Below are positions 19,778-30,232 of a stretch of DNA of 64,000 nt, one piece after another; within the stretch, counting starts at the first letter, position 1, and every line of letters begins with the position of its first letter. The stretch is from positions 4,064,001 to 4,128,000 of the forward strand of contig CBDFKD010000002.1 of NCBI GenBank assembly GCA_965248695.1, given 5' to 3'. Made by a program: the position numbers and the translations under genes. Origin of the DNA: Acidobacteriota bacterium (GTDB taxonomy: Bacteria; Acidobacteriota; UBA890; WLXD01). A model generated the notes under the pieces. The model ran no database searches. It was not told the origin of the DNA and worked only from the letters and a program-made list of their open reading frames with translations.

Positions 19778-21562
19778 ATGACAGCTTTGCTGGTTCTCGG
19801 TCTCCTGGCTCCCGCTTGCACCGAACCTGCCGAGAAGCCCACGGATCGAACCGGAACGGAGCGCGCCGGACAGTACGCGACGGACTCGTCGCGTTGGGGC
19901 GAGGTCACGATCCAGACGGACTCCGTCGTGACAGCAGGGGCCTCCGGCGAAGACCGCAGAGCATTGCTCGAGATGATCGAGCGACAGCATCAGGGCTGGT
20001 TGGCACAGGACTCCCGAGCGTTGCGTGACGTCATGGCCACGGACGCCATGCGTGTGCACGCCAGTTCCGGGCTCAGCGACAGCGCCGACGCGATCGTCGC
20101 GGCACTGCCGGTGGAGTGGGAGTCACACGAACGTCCCTACGGGATCATCGCTCAGAGCTATGAGATTCGCGATGTCGAGCTCGCCGTCCAGGGTGACATC
20201 GCTACCGCCACCTACTGGATGGATGTGCACGGCGGCGCGCGCTGGGAGTTCGATGGGCAGCGAGTGAGCTTCGACGTGTATCGCCGAGCGGCACCCACAT
20301 GGGAGCTGTTGTTTCACACGGACGCAGCGGCTCGACGATCAGATGCGGCGGCAGAGCTCGGCTTGCCGCACATGGAATTCGTCTATCCCGCCGAAGACCT
20401 CGAACGGGTAGCTGCCTTCTATCAGCCCTTGCTCGGCGAGCCTGACGGACGCTCGTCGGAGCGCCTATCGTACGACCTGGGAGACGCTCGTTTTCACTTT
20501 GATACGACGACGCTGACGGGGTTCGCGCAGTCAACCGATGGAACGCCGAACGGGTATGCGGAGTTTGTCGTGCCGGACCTCGATGGCGAGGCGCTTCGGC
20601 TCCGGTCGATGGGGATCTCTGTAGACCGGGTCGACGCGACAGCCGAAAGGCCCGCTGCTGCATTGGTCCAAGACCCTGCCGGAAATGTGCTCCTCTTGCG
20701 CGAGCAGGCGCATGTAGAGGACTCCGTCGGCGCACCTTCCTTGACGGTAGCTCCCGATCCAGGCTCCTCGCACGAGATCCAGCAGACGATCGAAGCCTAC
20801 TGGAATGCCTGGCTGATGATGGACACCGAGAGTCTGGTCGATCAGCTGTCCTCCGACAGCCGTTGGGTTTCGGAGACCGACGCGAGGGGCGCAATTGACT
20901 ACGAGGGCAACGAGGAGATCCGCCAGGCGCTGCCGGCGGTCTGGAGCAACTACGACCGCGGACCGGCAGGTGTAGCCGTCGATGTCAACATCGGGAGTCG
21001 GACCGTTCGACACCTGTCGGACCTCGCCCTGGTCAGTTATGAGTACCGGATGGTGGGTGTTGATTCGTCGCGTAACCACGAGGCGGGCGTGGTGACGCAT
21101 TTGCTCGAAAAAGAGAGATCCGGCTGGAAGATCGGCTGGTCTCTCTTCACGACGCTCGACGATAGCGACGATCTCGTCCTGTCCCTCGACTACACCGGTT
21201 ATCCGGTCGGGCCGTTGCGTCGGCCAGAGCGCTTCTACACCGACATCCTGCGACTGGGCTCGCCATATCAGGATGTCGCGTACCGCGGTTGGTGGACACG
21301 CAGCAGTGTGTTCGGGATCTACCGTGTCGGATCTTCGAGCCCGGAGCTGCTCCGGCCGAAGAGAACCAACGGGTACGCGAGCTTCTGGGTCGAGTCCGTC
21401 GACGAGGTGTACGAGTACCTCCAACGGAGCGGGTCCACTTTCCCTGTCATACTTGCGATCAACGACACGGAGGGCATCGACCGGCAACCTGGCTACATTC
21501 AGCTAGTCTCGACCGACTCCGAGGGCAACATCGTCCTGTTCACTGAGTATCCGGGAACCTAG
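19778..21562 (+). CDS. Putative lipoprotein with alternating NTF2/SnoaL-like and VOC/glyoxalase-like domains
   Basis: Lipobox LAPAC. NTF2-like segments end in WELLFH and GWKIGW. VOC-like segments: DLERVAAFY...VQDPAGNVLLL and FYTDILRL...TDSEGNIVLF. Start uncertain (ORF from 19673). Confidence 0.65.
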   Translation: MTALLVLGLLAPACTEPAEKPTDRTGTERAGQYATDSSRWGEVTIQTDSVVTAGASGEDRRALLEMIERQHQGWLAQDSRALRDVMATDAMRVHASSGLSDSADAIVAALPVEWESHERPYGIIAQSYEIRDVELAVQGDIATATYWMDVHGGARWEFDGQRVSFDVYRRAAPTWELLFHTDAAARRSDAAAELGLPHMEFVYPAEDLERVAAFYQPLLGEPDGRSSERLSYDLGDARFHFDTTTLTGFAQSTDGTPNGYAEFVVPDLDGEALRLRSMGISVDRVDATAERPAAALVQDPAGNVLLLREQAHVEDSVGAPSLTVAPDPGSSHEIQQTIEAYWNAWLMMDTESLVDQLSSDSRWVSETDARGAIDYEGNEEIRQALPAVWSNYDRGPAGVAVDVNIGSRTVRHLSDLALVSYEYRMVGVDSSRNHEAGVVTHLLEKERSGWKIGWSLFTTLDDSDDLVLSLDYTGYPVGPLRRPERFYTDILRLGSPYQDVAYRGWWTRSSVFGIYRVGSSSPELLRPKRTNGYASFWVESVDEVYEYLQRSGSTFPVILAINDTEGIDRQPGYIQLVSTDSEGNIVLFTEYPGT

Positions 21563-21619
21563 CTAGCCATCGCCGCGGCGTCGGCCGCCGGGAAGACTCT
21601 GACGAAGAGGACCCGTACT

Positions 21620-22981
21620 ATGAGGCGCGCATTCGGCCCGTTGGCTGTCCTGGTGACGATGCTCTTCCTCGTCGGGTGTGGCTCGGAGGACCGCGATCCC
21701 GCCAAGAGGCGCCAGGAGCTCAAGCCCCCCCGACAGTGGAGCGGCATCTCCTACGCCGACCGAACCGTGGTGGAGCGGGCTCCGTATAGAACCGCTTCCG
21801 GCAGCGGCTTCGACGCCGAGCGCGCTTGGAGCGGCGAGGACGATTGGGAGCCCTACGTCGCGGTCGATGCCGAGCGCGGGATCGTCTATCAGTTCGTTAC
21901 CCGGTGGGTGGCCCCCAAGTACAAGATCGTCGTGCGTCGCTCGCTCGACGGTGGCGCCACCTGGGAGCCGGACCAGCTGATCTTTCCATCGACGGCCGGT
22001 CAAGCGGACCCTTACGCCAAGGTGGCACGCGACGGGACCGTCTACGCGATCTGGATGGAGGTCTGGGACACGATGTTGTCGAAGTCGACCGACTTCGGCG
22101 CCACTTGGACCCCGCCCGTTTCGGTCATCAGCGCCCTGCGATGGAGTGACTTCCCGAGCATCGCCCTGTCCGAGGACGGCCGCGACATCTACGTGGCGTT
22201 TCAGCGCAGAGACAGCTACGTGGCCGCATCGCACGACTTCGGAGCGACCTTCTCGGCGCCGGTGAAAACCAACTCCGACCGACGCCACTGGTGGCACGGT
22301 GGCGGCGCGGTGGCGTCCAACGGCGATGTCTACTTCGGCGCCAGCACGCAGCGGCGTCGGTCGAGCCGCGGCTCGGTCAAGATGTTCGCGCTGAAGTCGA
22401 GCGACGGCGGCGCATCCTGGCAGACCCTCCGACTCGACGTGTCATCCGAGGTTCCCGCCTGTGACTGGGCCGAGGGCTGCTACCACGGCTTTCTGGTCGG
22501 TGTGCCGAGCGTCGCGGTCGACGCGGCCGGCGCGGTACTGGCGGTGTACAACGCGGGTCGGGCCGATGGTGCCCCGCAGCGGATCTGGGCACGCCGCTCG
22601 CTCGACGGCGGCGCCACCTGGACGCGCCCTCGGCGCCTCTCCAAGAGTTGGGCGGCGGCCCACAACAGCTTCACCGACGTCGAGGCCGGACCGTTCGCCG
22701 GTGATTTTCGCGTCGTCTGGCAGGGGAGCTACCGCGGCCGGGTCGACGCCTGGAACACGTACTACCGACGCACCTCGGACGCCGGTGTGACCTGGGAGCC
22801 CACGCGCCGACTCTCCGATCTCGGCGCCGGAGCGCCGTACAAGTCCCCGGCCGGCTACCTGTTTCCGTACGGCGACTACCTTGCGATCGCGGTCGACGGA
22901 CAGGGTGTGAACCACGTGATTTGGGGCGAAGGCGCAAGCTGGAACGGTCCCGGCGGCGTCTGGTACACCCGAGGACGGTGA
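21620..22981 (+). CDS. BNR/Asp-box repeat (sialidase-like) lipoprotein
   Basis: Lipobox LVGC; repeated Asp-boxes SLDGGATW, STDFGATW, SHDFGATF, SSDGGASW and TSDAGVTW. Confidence 0.85.
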   Translation: MRRAFGPLAVLVTMLFLVGCGSEDRDPAKRRQELKPPRQWSGISYADRTVVERAPYRTASGSGFDAERAWSGEDDWEPYVAVDAERGIVYQFVTRWVAPKYKIVVRRSLDGGATWEPDQLIFPSTAGQADPYAKVARDGTVYAIWMEVWDTMLSKSTDFGATWTPPVSVISALRWSDFPSIALSEDGRDIYVAFQRRDSYVAASHDFGATFSAPVKTNSDRRHWWHGGGAVASNGDVYFGASTQRRRSSRGSVKMFALKSSDGGASWQTLRLDVSSEVPACDWAEGCYHGFLVGVPSVAVDAAGAVLAVYNAGRADGAPQRIWARRSLDGGATWTRPRRLSKSWAAAHNSFTDVEAGPFAGDFRVVWQGSYRGRVDAWNTYYRRTSDAGVTWEPTRRLSDLGAGAPYKSPAGYLFPYGDYLAIAVDGQGVNHVIWGEGASWNGPGGVWYTRGR

Positions 22982-23033
22982 CCGGGGAGAGGTGGCATGA
23001 GCCCCTAGTAGGTCTATTCGCGCGCTTCAAGGG

Positions 23034-24305
23034 TCATCTTTTCGCGAACCTCTCGGCCAGCGCTTGCGCCGCCCGGCGCGTGTTGGCGCTGGCCGTCCGG
23101 CTGGTGGCCGTAGGTTGCGACGAGAGCTTTGCGATCACCATGTCCGCGGCCGGATCGACGTACACCATCTGCCCGTGAATACCGAAGGCGCTGTAGGCAC
23201 CATGGTCATTGCCGCTGATCCACCAGTTGCTCCGGTAGGATCCGCTCGGATTGCTCGACGCACTTCTGGCCCATGCTTCTCGGTTACCGTTGGTGCGAAA
23301 GTCCTCGATCCATTCCAGTGGCACGATTTGCTGATCGTTGAAGAAGCCACCCTGCAAGTGCATTTGGCCGAAACGCGCCAGGTCGCGCAGGGTGACGTTG
23401 ATGCCGCCATCCGGGATCGGCGCGCCCAAGGGGCAAAGGATGATGTAGGCATCCTCCTCGGCACCGAGCTTGCTCCACAGCTCGCGACTGAAGAGCTCGG
23501 CAAGATCTGATTTGGCGGCCCGTTCGAGAACCCACCCGAGTGCATCCGTGTTTGGCGAGGCGTATTCGAATACACGGCCGTGTTCACCTTCCTTCTGCAA
23601 GTTTTGCAGAAACCTGTGAAGGCCGACGGGAACGTCGAGGTCGCCACGAGGACGCCAGCCCGCCGCGATGTCGAACTGGAGGTAGCTGCTGGAGGCCGGA
23701 TCGTAGGGATCGTCCGGATCGTAGTAATCCTCCGAGTAGGCCACGCCGATGGTCATGTCCAGCAGATTCCTCACCGTCGCGTCACCGTAGGCGCTGTCCC
23801 TCAGCTCCGGAACGTAGCTGACGACGGTCTCCTCTGGATCCAGCCCTCCGTTGTCGACGAGGATTCCCGCCAGCGATCCGGTAAACGATTTGGACACCGA
23901 CATCAGCAGGTGCTTCGAGTTTGGTGCCATGCCGTTGAAGTACTGCTCCGTTACGATCACGCTGCGATGCAACACCAGAAAGCCGTCGGTGTAGGTGGTT
24001 TCGAGCATCTGACGGACCGTCATCGGCTTGCCGTCGACATCTTCGAATCGGATATCGTCGAGATTCTGCTGGTTCCGTTCGAAGCGGTGCATTGGCCCGC
24101 TGCCGCGGCTAATTTCGGCCGTTGGCAGCAGCCTGCGTGTGTGTCGAAACGCCCACCGGTTTTGCGGTCCCTCTTGCCAGTTTGCCAGCGTCGCAGGGGG
24201 ATTGTCGGAGGGAATCGTGTGCTGCCGCATGCTCGGTAGAGAGAGCGCGGTGGGAGTGGAGACGAGCAACGCCAGGCCAATCACACAACAAGATCGGAAC
24301 ACCAT
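23034..24305 (-). CDS. Serine hydrolase, 6-aminohexanoate-dimer hydrolase (NylB)-like
   Basis: NWQEGPQNRWAF, LLMSVSKS (SxxK), FEYASPNTD, TLRDLARFG and AFGIHGQ. Confidence 0.88.
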   Translation of the reverse strand: MVFRSCCVIGLALLVSTPTALSLPSMRQHTIPSDNPPATLANWQEGPQNRWAFRHTRRLLPTAEISRGSGPMHRFERNQQNLDDIRFEDVDGKPMTVRQMLETTYTDGFLVLHRSVIVTEQYFNGMAPNSKHLLMSVSKSFTGSLAGILVDNGGLDPEETVVSYVPELRDSAYGDATVRNLLDMTIGVAYSEDYYDPDDPYDPASSSYLQFDIAAGWRPRGDLDVPVGLHRFLQNLQKEGEHGRVFEYASPNTDALGWVLERAAKSDLAELFSRELWSKLGAEEDAYIILCPLGAPIPDGGINVTLRDLARFGQMHLQGGFFNDQQIVPLEWIEDFRTNGNREAWARSASSNPSGSYRSNWWISGNDHGAYSAFGIHGQMVYVDPAADMVIAKLSSQPTATSRTASANTRRAAQALAERFAKR

Positions 24306-25209
24306 GCTTCGATTCTCCGTGAGCTGTCCGTGGTAGATCGCGTTAGACGCCGGCGTGAGGCCTGGCGAGGAGAATTCCTACATCAGCTCGCCGCCACTGG
24401 TCATCGACGGCGGTTTCACGAGCGTATAGATTCATCGCCGGTGTCGTAGCCGCAAACCACGGGAGACCCTGCCGATGTCCATAGCCAACCCGTCCAGCCT
24501 CGGGGAGGCGCTGCCGGATCCGAAGCTGGTGGCAGAGAAGAAAGCCATGCTCGTGGAGGCCGGCGTCAAGTACGTCTTCTCGGTCTGGATCGATCTGTTT
24601 GGCCAGCCCAAGACCAAGCCGGTGCCGATCAGCGACTTCGAGCTGCTGTGTGCGGGCAAGGGCCCGCAATTCGCGGTGCACTCCATCTCCTTCGTGCCGG
24701 AGCTGGGCGCGGCGGACTCCGATCAGATCCCGCTGCCGGACATAGACACCCTGGTGATCTGCCCATGGGATCGCACCTGCGCGTGGATGTTCGCGGACCT
24801 GTGGTGGGAGGACAAGCCGTACAATCTGTGCCCGCGCAGTGCCATGAAACGGGTCGTACGCAGTGCCGCGGAGGCGGGCTACAGCGTCTGGGCGGGCGTG
24901 GAGCCTGAGTTCATCGCCATGCGCTGGAAGGACGGGAAGCCGGTCAAGGCGATGGACAACGATCCGCAGCCCGGCGAGGGCCTGCGCCCGAGGCGGCAAG
25001 CCTTCGGCTACGACGTCGAGTACTCCATCGACTCGATGGGGTTCCTCGGCGACATGATCGACGTGCTGGAGGATCTGGGCTGGAATCTGCACGACGTGGT
25101 GGCGGAAGGGGCCTACTCCCAGTTCGAGCTCGACTTCCACTACACCGACGTGCTGGGCATGGCGGATCGGGTCGCCTTCCTGCGCGTGCTGCTGAAGGAG
25201 ATCGCCAAG

Positions 25210-26481
25210 TGACCTGCCCCAAGTGTTTGGGCCACTTCGTAACTCATAGAATCGGTACTGGCAAGAGATTGTTGGAGCTGGCGAAGCGGAGCGTAGCCGG
25301 CTGCAACAACGTCGCTTCGGGTGCAGGCGGTCGATAGCCCAACGAGCTATGGGGCCGCACCTGGTTGTACTGGCGGCGCCAGCGGTGCACCAAGCACTGC
25401 GCCTCCTTGAGCGTGTAGAAGATCTCGCCGTTCAGCAGCTCGTCTCGGAGCTTGCCGTTGAAGCTCTCCACATAGCCGTTTTCCCATGGCGATCCGGGCT
25501 CAATGAACAGCGTCTTCACACCGATTCGCTCGAGCCATTCACGCACTGCCCGAGAAGTGAACTCCGGTCCGTTGTCGGAGCGGATGTGATCGGCAACACC
25601 CCGGTTCACGAACAGCTCAGCGAGTCGCTCCAGCACGTTCTCGGAGTTGAGCCTGCGTGCTACATCGATTGCCAAGCACTCTCTCGTGTACTCATCCACG
25701 ATCGTCAGTAGACGAAACGCTCGCCCGTCGTGAGTTCGTTCGTGCACGAAGTCATAGGCCCAGACGTGATCTTTCCTCTCCGGCCGCAGCCGCACGCACG
25801 ATCCATCATTGCGCCACCAGCGTCCGCGCTTGGGCTGCTTTTTCGGTACCTTCAGCCCCTCACGACGCCATAACCGTTCGACCCTCTTGTGATTCACTCG
25901 CCACCCCTCACGTACCAACAGCGCCGTGATCCGCCGGTACCCATAGCGCCCGTACTGCGTCGCCAGCTGGGTCATCCGCTCCACCAGTGCCTTCTCCTCC
26001 TGCGGCACCTTGGGCCGATACTGCTGCGTCGAGCGCACCTGGCCCAGTACTCTGCAGGCTCGCCTCTCGGACACACCCAACGACTGCTGTGCGTGGTGCA
26101 CTGCCCGGCTCCGTCGTGCCGGGCTCAGAAGTTTCCCGACGAAACCTCTTTGAGGATGGCGTTGTCGAGCATCGTCTCCGCCAGCAACTTCTTGAGCCGG
26201 CCGTTTTCCCGCTCCAGCTCCTTGAGTCGCCGTGCCTGATCCACCCTCAGTCCACCGTACTCCTTGCGCCACCGGTAATACGTGTTCTCGCTGATTCCCA
26301 GCTTGCGGCATGCCTCCGGTGTCTTGGCCCCTTTCGCTAGCTCGATCTCTGCCTCCCTGAGCTTGGCGATGATCTGCTCTACAGTGTACCGCTTCCGCGC
26401 CCATTCTTCCCCCTTCCCGAGCCATCCTGAGAGCCTCAAATCCTAACTCTCAGACTGGCCCGATTATTGGGGGGCAGGTCA
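25210..26481 (-). mobile_element. IS3-family insertion sequence (second type) with 4-bp target duplication CAAG
   Basis: Ends TGACCTGCCCC / GGGGCAGGTCA; CAAG at 25206-25209 and 26482-26485; orfA/orfB with GGGAAAC slippery site; DDE motifs IRSDNGPEF and ENGYVESFNG. Confidence 0.95.
25244..26404 (-). CDS. IS3 transposase OrfAB (programmed -1 frameshift); start codon appears displaced by an extra G
   Basis: OrfA ARKRYTVEQIIAKL...SSGNF; OrfB GYRRITALL, VWAYDF and HSSLGY. ATG at 26404 is followed by an extra G at 26401. Confidence 0.85.
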   Translation of the reverse strand: MGAEAVHCRADHRQAQGGRDRASERGQDTGGMPQAGNQREHVLPVAQGVRWTEGGSGTATQGAGAGKRPAQEVAGGDDARQRHPQRGFVGKLLSPARRSRAVHHAQQSLGVSERRACRVLGQVRSTQQYRPKVPQEEKALVERMTQLATQYGRYGYRRITALLVREGWRVNHKRVERLWRREGLKVPKKQPKRGRWWRNDGSCVRLRPERKDHVWAYDFVHERTHDGRAFRLLTIVDEYTRECLAIDVARRLNSENVLERLAELFVNRGVADHIRSDNGPEFTSRAVREWLERIGVKTLFIEPGSPWENGYVESFNGKLRDELLNGEIFYTLKEAQCLVHRWRRQYNQVRPHSSLGYRPPAPEATLLQPATLRFASSNNLLPVPIL

Positions 26482-27202
26482 CAAGCGCCATGGCATGTTC
26501 ATCACCTTCATGCCGAAGCCGACGATCGGAGACTGGCGCTCCGGCGCCCACATGAACCTCTCCATGCAGCCCATCGACAAGCCCGGCGAGAACCTGTTCG
26601 AGAACGACGGCAAGTGGGCGGACCCCGTCTACCATGCGGTGGGCGGCCTGCTGCGCCACGGCGGCGCGCTGACCGCCATCGCCTGCTCTACCGTCAACTC
26701 CTACAACGGGCTGGTGCCGCGGGTCGGCGGCTTCGAGGGCGGCACCGTCACCTGGGCGCCCACTCACGTGACCTATGGTCACAACAATCGGTCCGCGATG
26801 TTTCGATTGCCACAGAGCCGCTACTGCATCGAGAACCGCGCCGCTGACATGTGCATGAACCCCTATCTCGGGCTCGGCATGAGCGCGGCCGCGATGCTGG
26901 AAGGCGTGGTGAACCAGTACGACCCCGGCAAGCCGCTCAACGAGGATCTCTACGCGATGACGGAGCAGGAGATCATGTCGTCCGGTGCCCAGCGCCTGCC
27001 CCGCAATCTGCTCGAGGCGGTGGAAATCCTCAAGGACGACGAGCTCGCCAGGGAGGTGATGGGTGAGACCATGATGAGCTCGTACCTCGCCTACAAAATC
27101 GACGAGTGGGAGCGCTATCACCAGGCGATCACGGATTGGGAGGTGGAAGAGTATCTGCGCCTGTATTGAGCGACGACGAGCCTTGCTCGGCCGAAGTGCG
27201 AC

Positions 27203-28216
27203 ATGACCGCCGCCGCGAAGATCTTCGCCGCCGGTGACCTCGAGCTCCAGTCGGGCGCCGTGCTGCCCGATGCCAAGCTCGCCTATCAGACCTACGGCGA
27301 GCTAAGCCCGACCGGTGACAACGTGGTGGTCATGCCCACGTTCTACACGGGCACCCACCTGCGCAACGAGGGGTTCTTCGGGGCGGGGCGGGCCGTCGAT
27401 CCGGCCCGCCACTTCGTGGTGTCGATCAACATGTTCGGTAACGGCATCTCGTCGTCCCCCAGCAACACGCCGCCGCCCGCGGACGGTCCTCGCTTTCCCC
27501 ATGTCACCCTGTACGACAACGTCGCCTGCCAGCACCGTCTACTGACCGAGGTGCTGGGCGTGGAGCGCATCGCCCTCGTGTTCGGCTGGTCCATGGCGGC
27601 TTGCCAATCCTTTCAATGGGCGGCGCAGTTCCCGGACATGGTTGACGCCATCTTGCCGTTCTGCGGCTCGGCCCGAACGTCCATTCACAACCAGGTGTTC
27701 CTGGAAGGCGTGAAAGCAGCGCTGCAGGCGGACGCCGACTCCGCGGGGGGTGACTACACCGCGCCGCCCGAGACCGGGCTCAAGGCCTTCGGGCGCGTCT
27801 ACGCGGGCTGGGCCTTCTCCCAGACCTTCTACCGCGAGCGGCTGTTCCAGCGCCTCGGCTACGACACCGCGGAGGAGCTACTGCTCGACTGGGAGCGCTA
27901 TCACCTGGAGTGGGACGCCAACGACTTGCTGGCCAAGCTCTGGACCTGGCAGCGGGGAGACATCAGCGCCAACGAGCTGTACCACGGCGACTTCGAGCGG
28001 GCGCTGAGCGCGATTACCGCGCGAGCCATCGTCATGCCGTGCAGCACCGATTTGTACTTCCCGCCCGAGGACAGCCAGTACGAGGTGGCGCACATGCCGA
28101 ACGCGGAGCTGCGCGTGTTCGATTCGCCCTGGGGGCACTGCGTCGCGAGCCCGGGCAACGTGCCCGCCTTCCACGAGTACCTCGACGCCGCAGCGGCTGA
28201 GCTGCTAGGCCACTAG
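27203..28216 (+). CDS. Alpha/beta hydrolase, homoserine O-acetyltransferase (MetX)-like family
   Basis: LAYQTYGEL, FGNGISSSPSN, GWSMA nucleophile elbow, TDLYFPP and SPWGH. Confidence 0.85.
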   Translation: MTAAAKIFAAGDLELQSGAVLPDAKLAYQTYGELSPTGDNVVVMPTFYTGTHLRNEGFFGAGRAVDPARHFVVSINMFGNGISSSPSNTPPPADGPRFPHVTLYDNVACQHRLLTEVLGVERIALVFGWSMAACQSFQWAAQFPDMVDAILPFCGSARTSIHNQVFLEGVKAALQADADSAGGDYTAPPETGLKAFGRVYAGWAFSQTFYRERLFQRLGYDTAEELLLDWERYHLEWDANDLLAKLWTWQRGDISANELYHGDFERALSAITARAIVMPCSTDLYFPPEDSQYEVAHMPNAELRVFDSPWGHCVASPGNVPAFHEYLDAAAAELLGH

Positions 28217-28315
28217 TACCCCGACCTGCCGTGAACTCATGCGCAAACCTCTCGGCCTGATGGGTCATAATCGTGCGTTCGCCGAACTCCTTTCATCGAC
28301 CTTGAGGTTGAGGAG

Positions 28316-28774
28316 ATGACAACGCTAGAGAGCATCCTGGGAGCCGATGCATTGGAGCAGTTCGAAGCGAAAGCCGAGGTCAAGAGCGGGCTCCCGGCAG
28401 CTGCTTATACGAGCGACGCCTTCCTGCGCCTCGAGCACGAACGGCTGTTTCGCGAGAGTTGGGTGTTCGTCGGCTTTGCCCACGAGATGCGGAATCCTGG
28501 AGATGTCATCCCCGTGACGGTCGCTGGCCAGCCGCTCGTCTTGGTGCGGGGCCGCGATGGCGAGGTCAGAGCCTTTCACAACGTCTGCCGGCATCGGGGC
28601 ACGACGCTCGTGGCCGAGGCCTGCCATGTGGATCGGCTGCTCACCTGTCCCTACCACGCCTGGGCCTACGACCTTGAGGGTGGATTGCGCTCCACTCCGC
28701 ATTTCGATGGATATGGCAGCCACACACCGGCCGATTTCGAACCGACGAACTTCGGGCTCGTGTCCGTGTCCAGC
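28316..28774 (+). pseudogene. Rieske ring-hydroxylating/choline monooxygenase-like alpha subunit, truncated by IS
   Basis: NVCRHRG and CPYHAWAY Rieske motifs; the gene stops at the IS left end and lacks the catalytic domain. Confidence 0.9.
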
Positions 28775-30034
28775 TGACCTGACCCCCGAAAACGGATCCG
28801 GATGTAATCTCACGATCTGGGTCAAGAACGGGAGGTCAGAATGCCGAGTAAGAGGCACAGCGCCGAGCAGATCGTACGCAAGCTCCGGGAGGCTGAGGTG
28901 GAGCTGGCTCGAGGGGCGACGGTCAAGGATGCCTGCCGCAAGCTAGCAATCACCGAGCACACCTACTACCGGTGGCGGCGAGAGTACGGCGGACTGAAGC
29001 TCAACCAGGCCAGAAAGCTCAAGCAACTGGAGAAGGAGAATGCCCGGCTCAAGAGGCTGGTGGCGGAAAAGGAACTCGACCTGTCGATCCTGAAGGAAGT
29101 GGCGGAGGGAAACTTCTGAGCCCAGCTCGGCGGCGAGAGGCGGTGGCACATGTACGGGGGCGGCTGGGCGTCTCGGAGAGGCGGGCGTGTCGGGTACTGA
29201 AACAACCACGCACGACACACCGGTACGTGCCAAGAGAGCCGCAACAGGAGCAGATTTTGACGGAGCGGATCGTGGATTTAGCCCGACAGTACGGGCGCTA
29301 CGGATATCGGAGGGTGACAGCGTTGCTGCGCATGGAGGGCTGGTCCGTGAACCACAAACGAGTGCAGCGTATCTGGCGGCGCGAAGGGCTGAAAGTACCG
29401 AGAAAACAGCCCAAACGAGCACGGCTGTGGCTGAGCGATGGCTCCTGCATCCGGCTGCGCCCACAGCACCGGGATCATGTCTGGGCGTATGACTTCCTGC
29501 ACCACCGGACGCACGACGGTCGGGCTATGAGGCTGCTGACGATCGTCGATGAGTACACACGAGAAAGCCTGGCGATCCATGTAGCACGGAAGCTCAACTC
29601 TGAGGACGTGCTGGAGCAGCTCGGGAGGTTGTTCGTACACCGGGGCATACCTGAGCACATCCGGTCGGATAACGGACCAGAGTTCACCGCCGAGGCGGTT
29701 CGCGACTGGCTGGGCCGGTTGGGCGTGGGGACGCTGTTCATCGAGCCGGGCTCGCCGTGGGAGAACGGTTACGTGGAGAGCTTCAACGGCAAGCTACGCG
29801 ACGAGCTGCTGGATGGAGAGATCTTCTACACGCTCAAGGAGGCAAAGGTTCTGATCGAGAGATGGCGTCAGCACTACAACCGCATGCGACCGCACAGCTC
29901 GCTGAGCTATCGGCCGCCCGCACCCGAAGCGACGTTGTTGAAGCCGGCTGCGCTCCGCTTCGCCGGCCTCAACAACCTCTTGTCAGCACCGAGTTACTGA
30001 GATAAGACATGGTACTAACCGCGGGGTCAGGTCA
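28775..30034 (+). mobile_element. IS3-family element, copy A (1260 bp)
   Basis: Ends TGACCTGACCCC / GGGGTCAGGTCA; orfA 28841-29119, orfB to 30000; no target duplication. Confidence 0.97.
28841..30000 (+). CDS. IS3 transposase OrfAB, copy A (-1 frameshift at GGGAAAC)
   Basis: HTH OrfA MPSKRHSAEQIV...AEGNF overlaps integrase-core OrfB (IRSDNGPEF, VESFNG). Confidence 0.95.
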
Positions 30035-30232
30035 GTGTGGGCGCTCATTGCCAGAATGAGGAACTATGGGCAAGGGAAGGGCAAGGCGCATCCGCGGCGC
30101 GGTCGGCACGGGGCGGACCTGGACTTTCGCATGGTCCTTCGTTGGTACCAGCTTCATGGTGCTATTGAGGGTTGAACGTCGTCCGACGGTCAACATGATC
30201 AACCCCAATGCGGCCATGGGCCTTATCGGCTG

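Larger units (their letters stand above)
24475..27169 (+). pseudogene. Glutamine synthetase family protein (type III/GmaS-like), interrupted by IS3
   Basis: GQPKTKPVP, GVEPEF and QFELDF. Removing the IS plus one CAAG copy restores EIAK-RHGMFITFMPKP, followed by SGAHMN, GHNNRS and NPYL. Confidence 0.9.
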
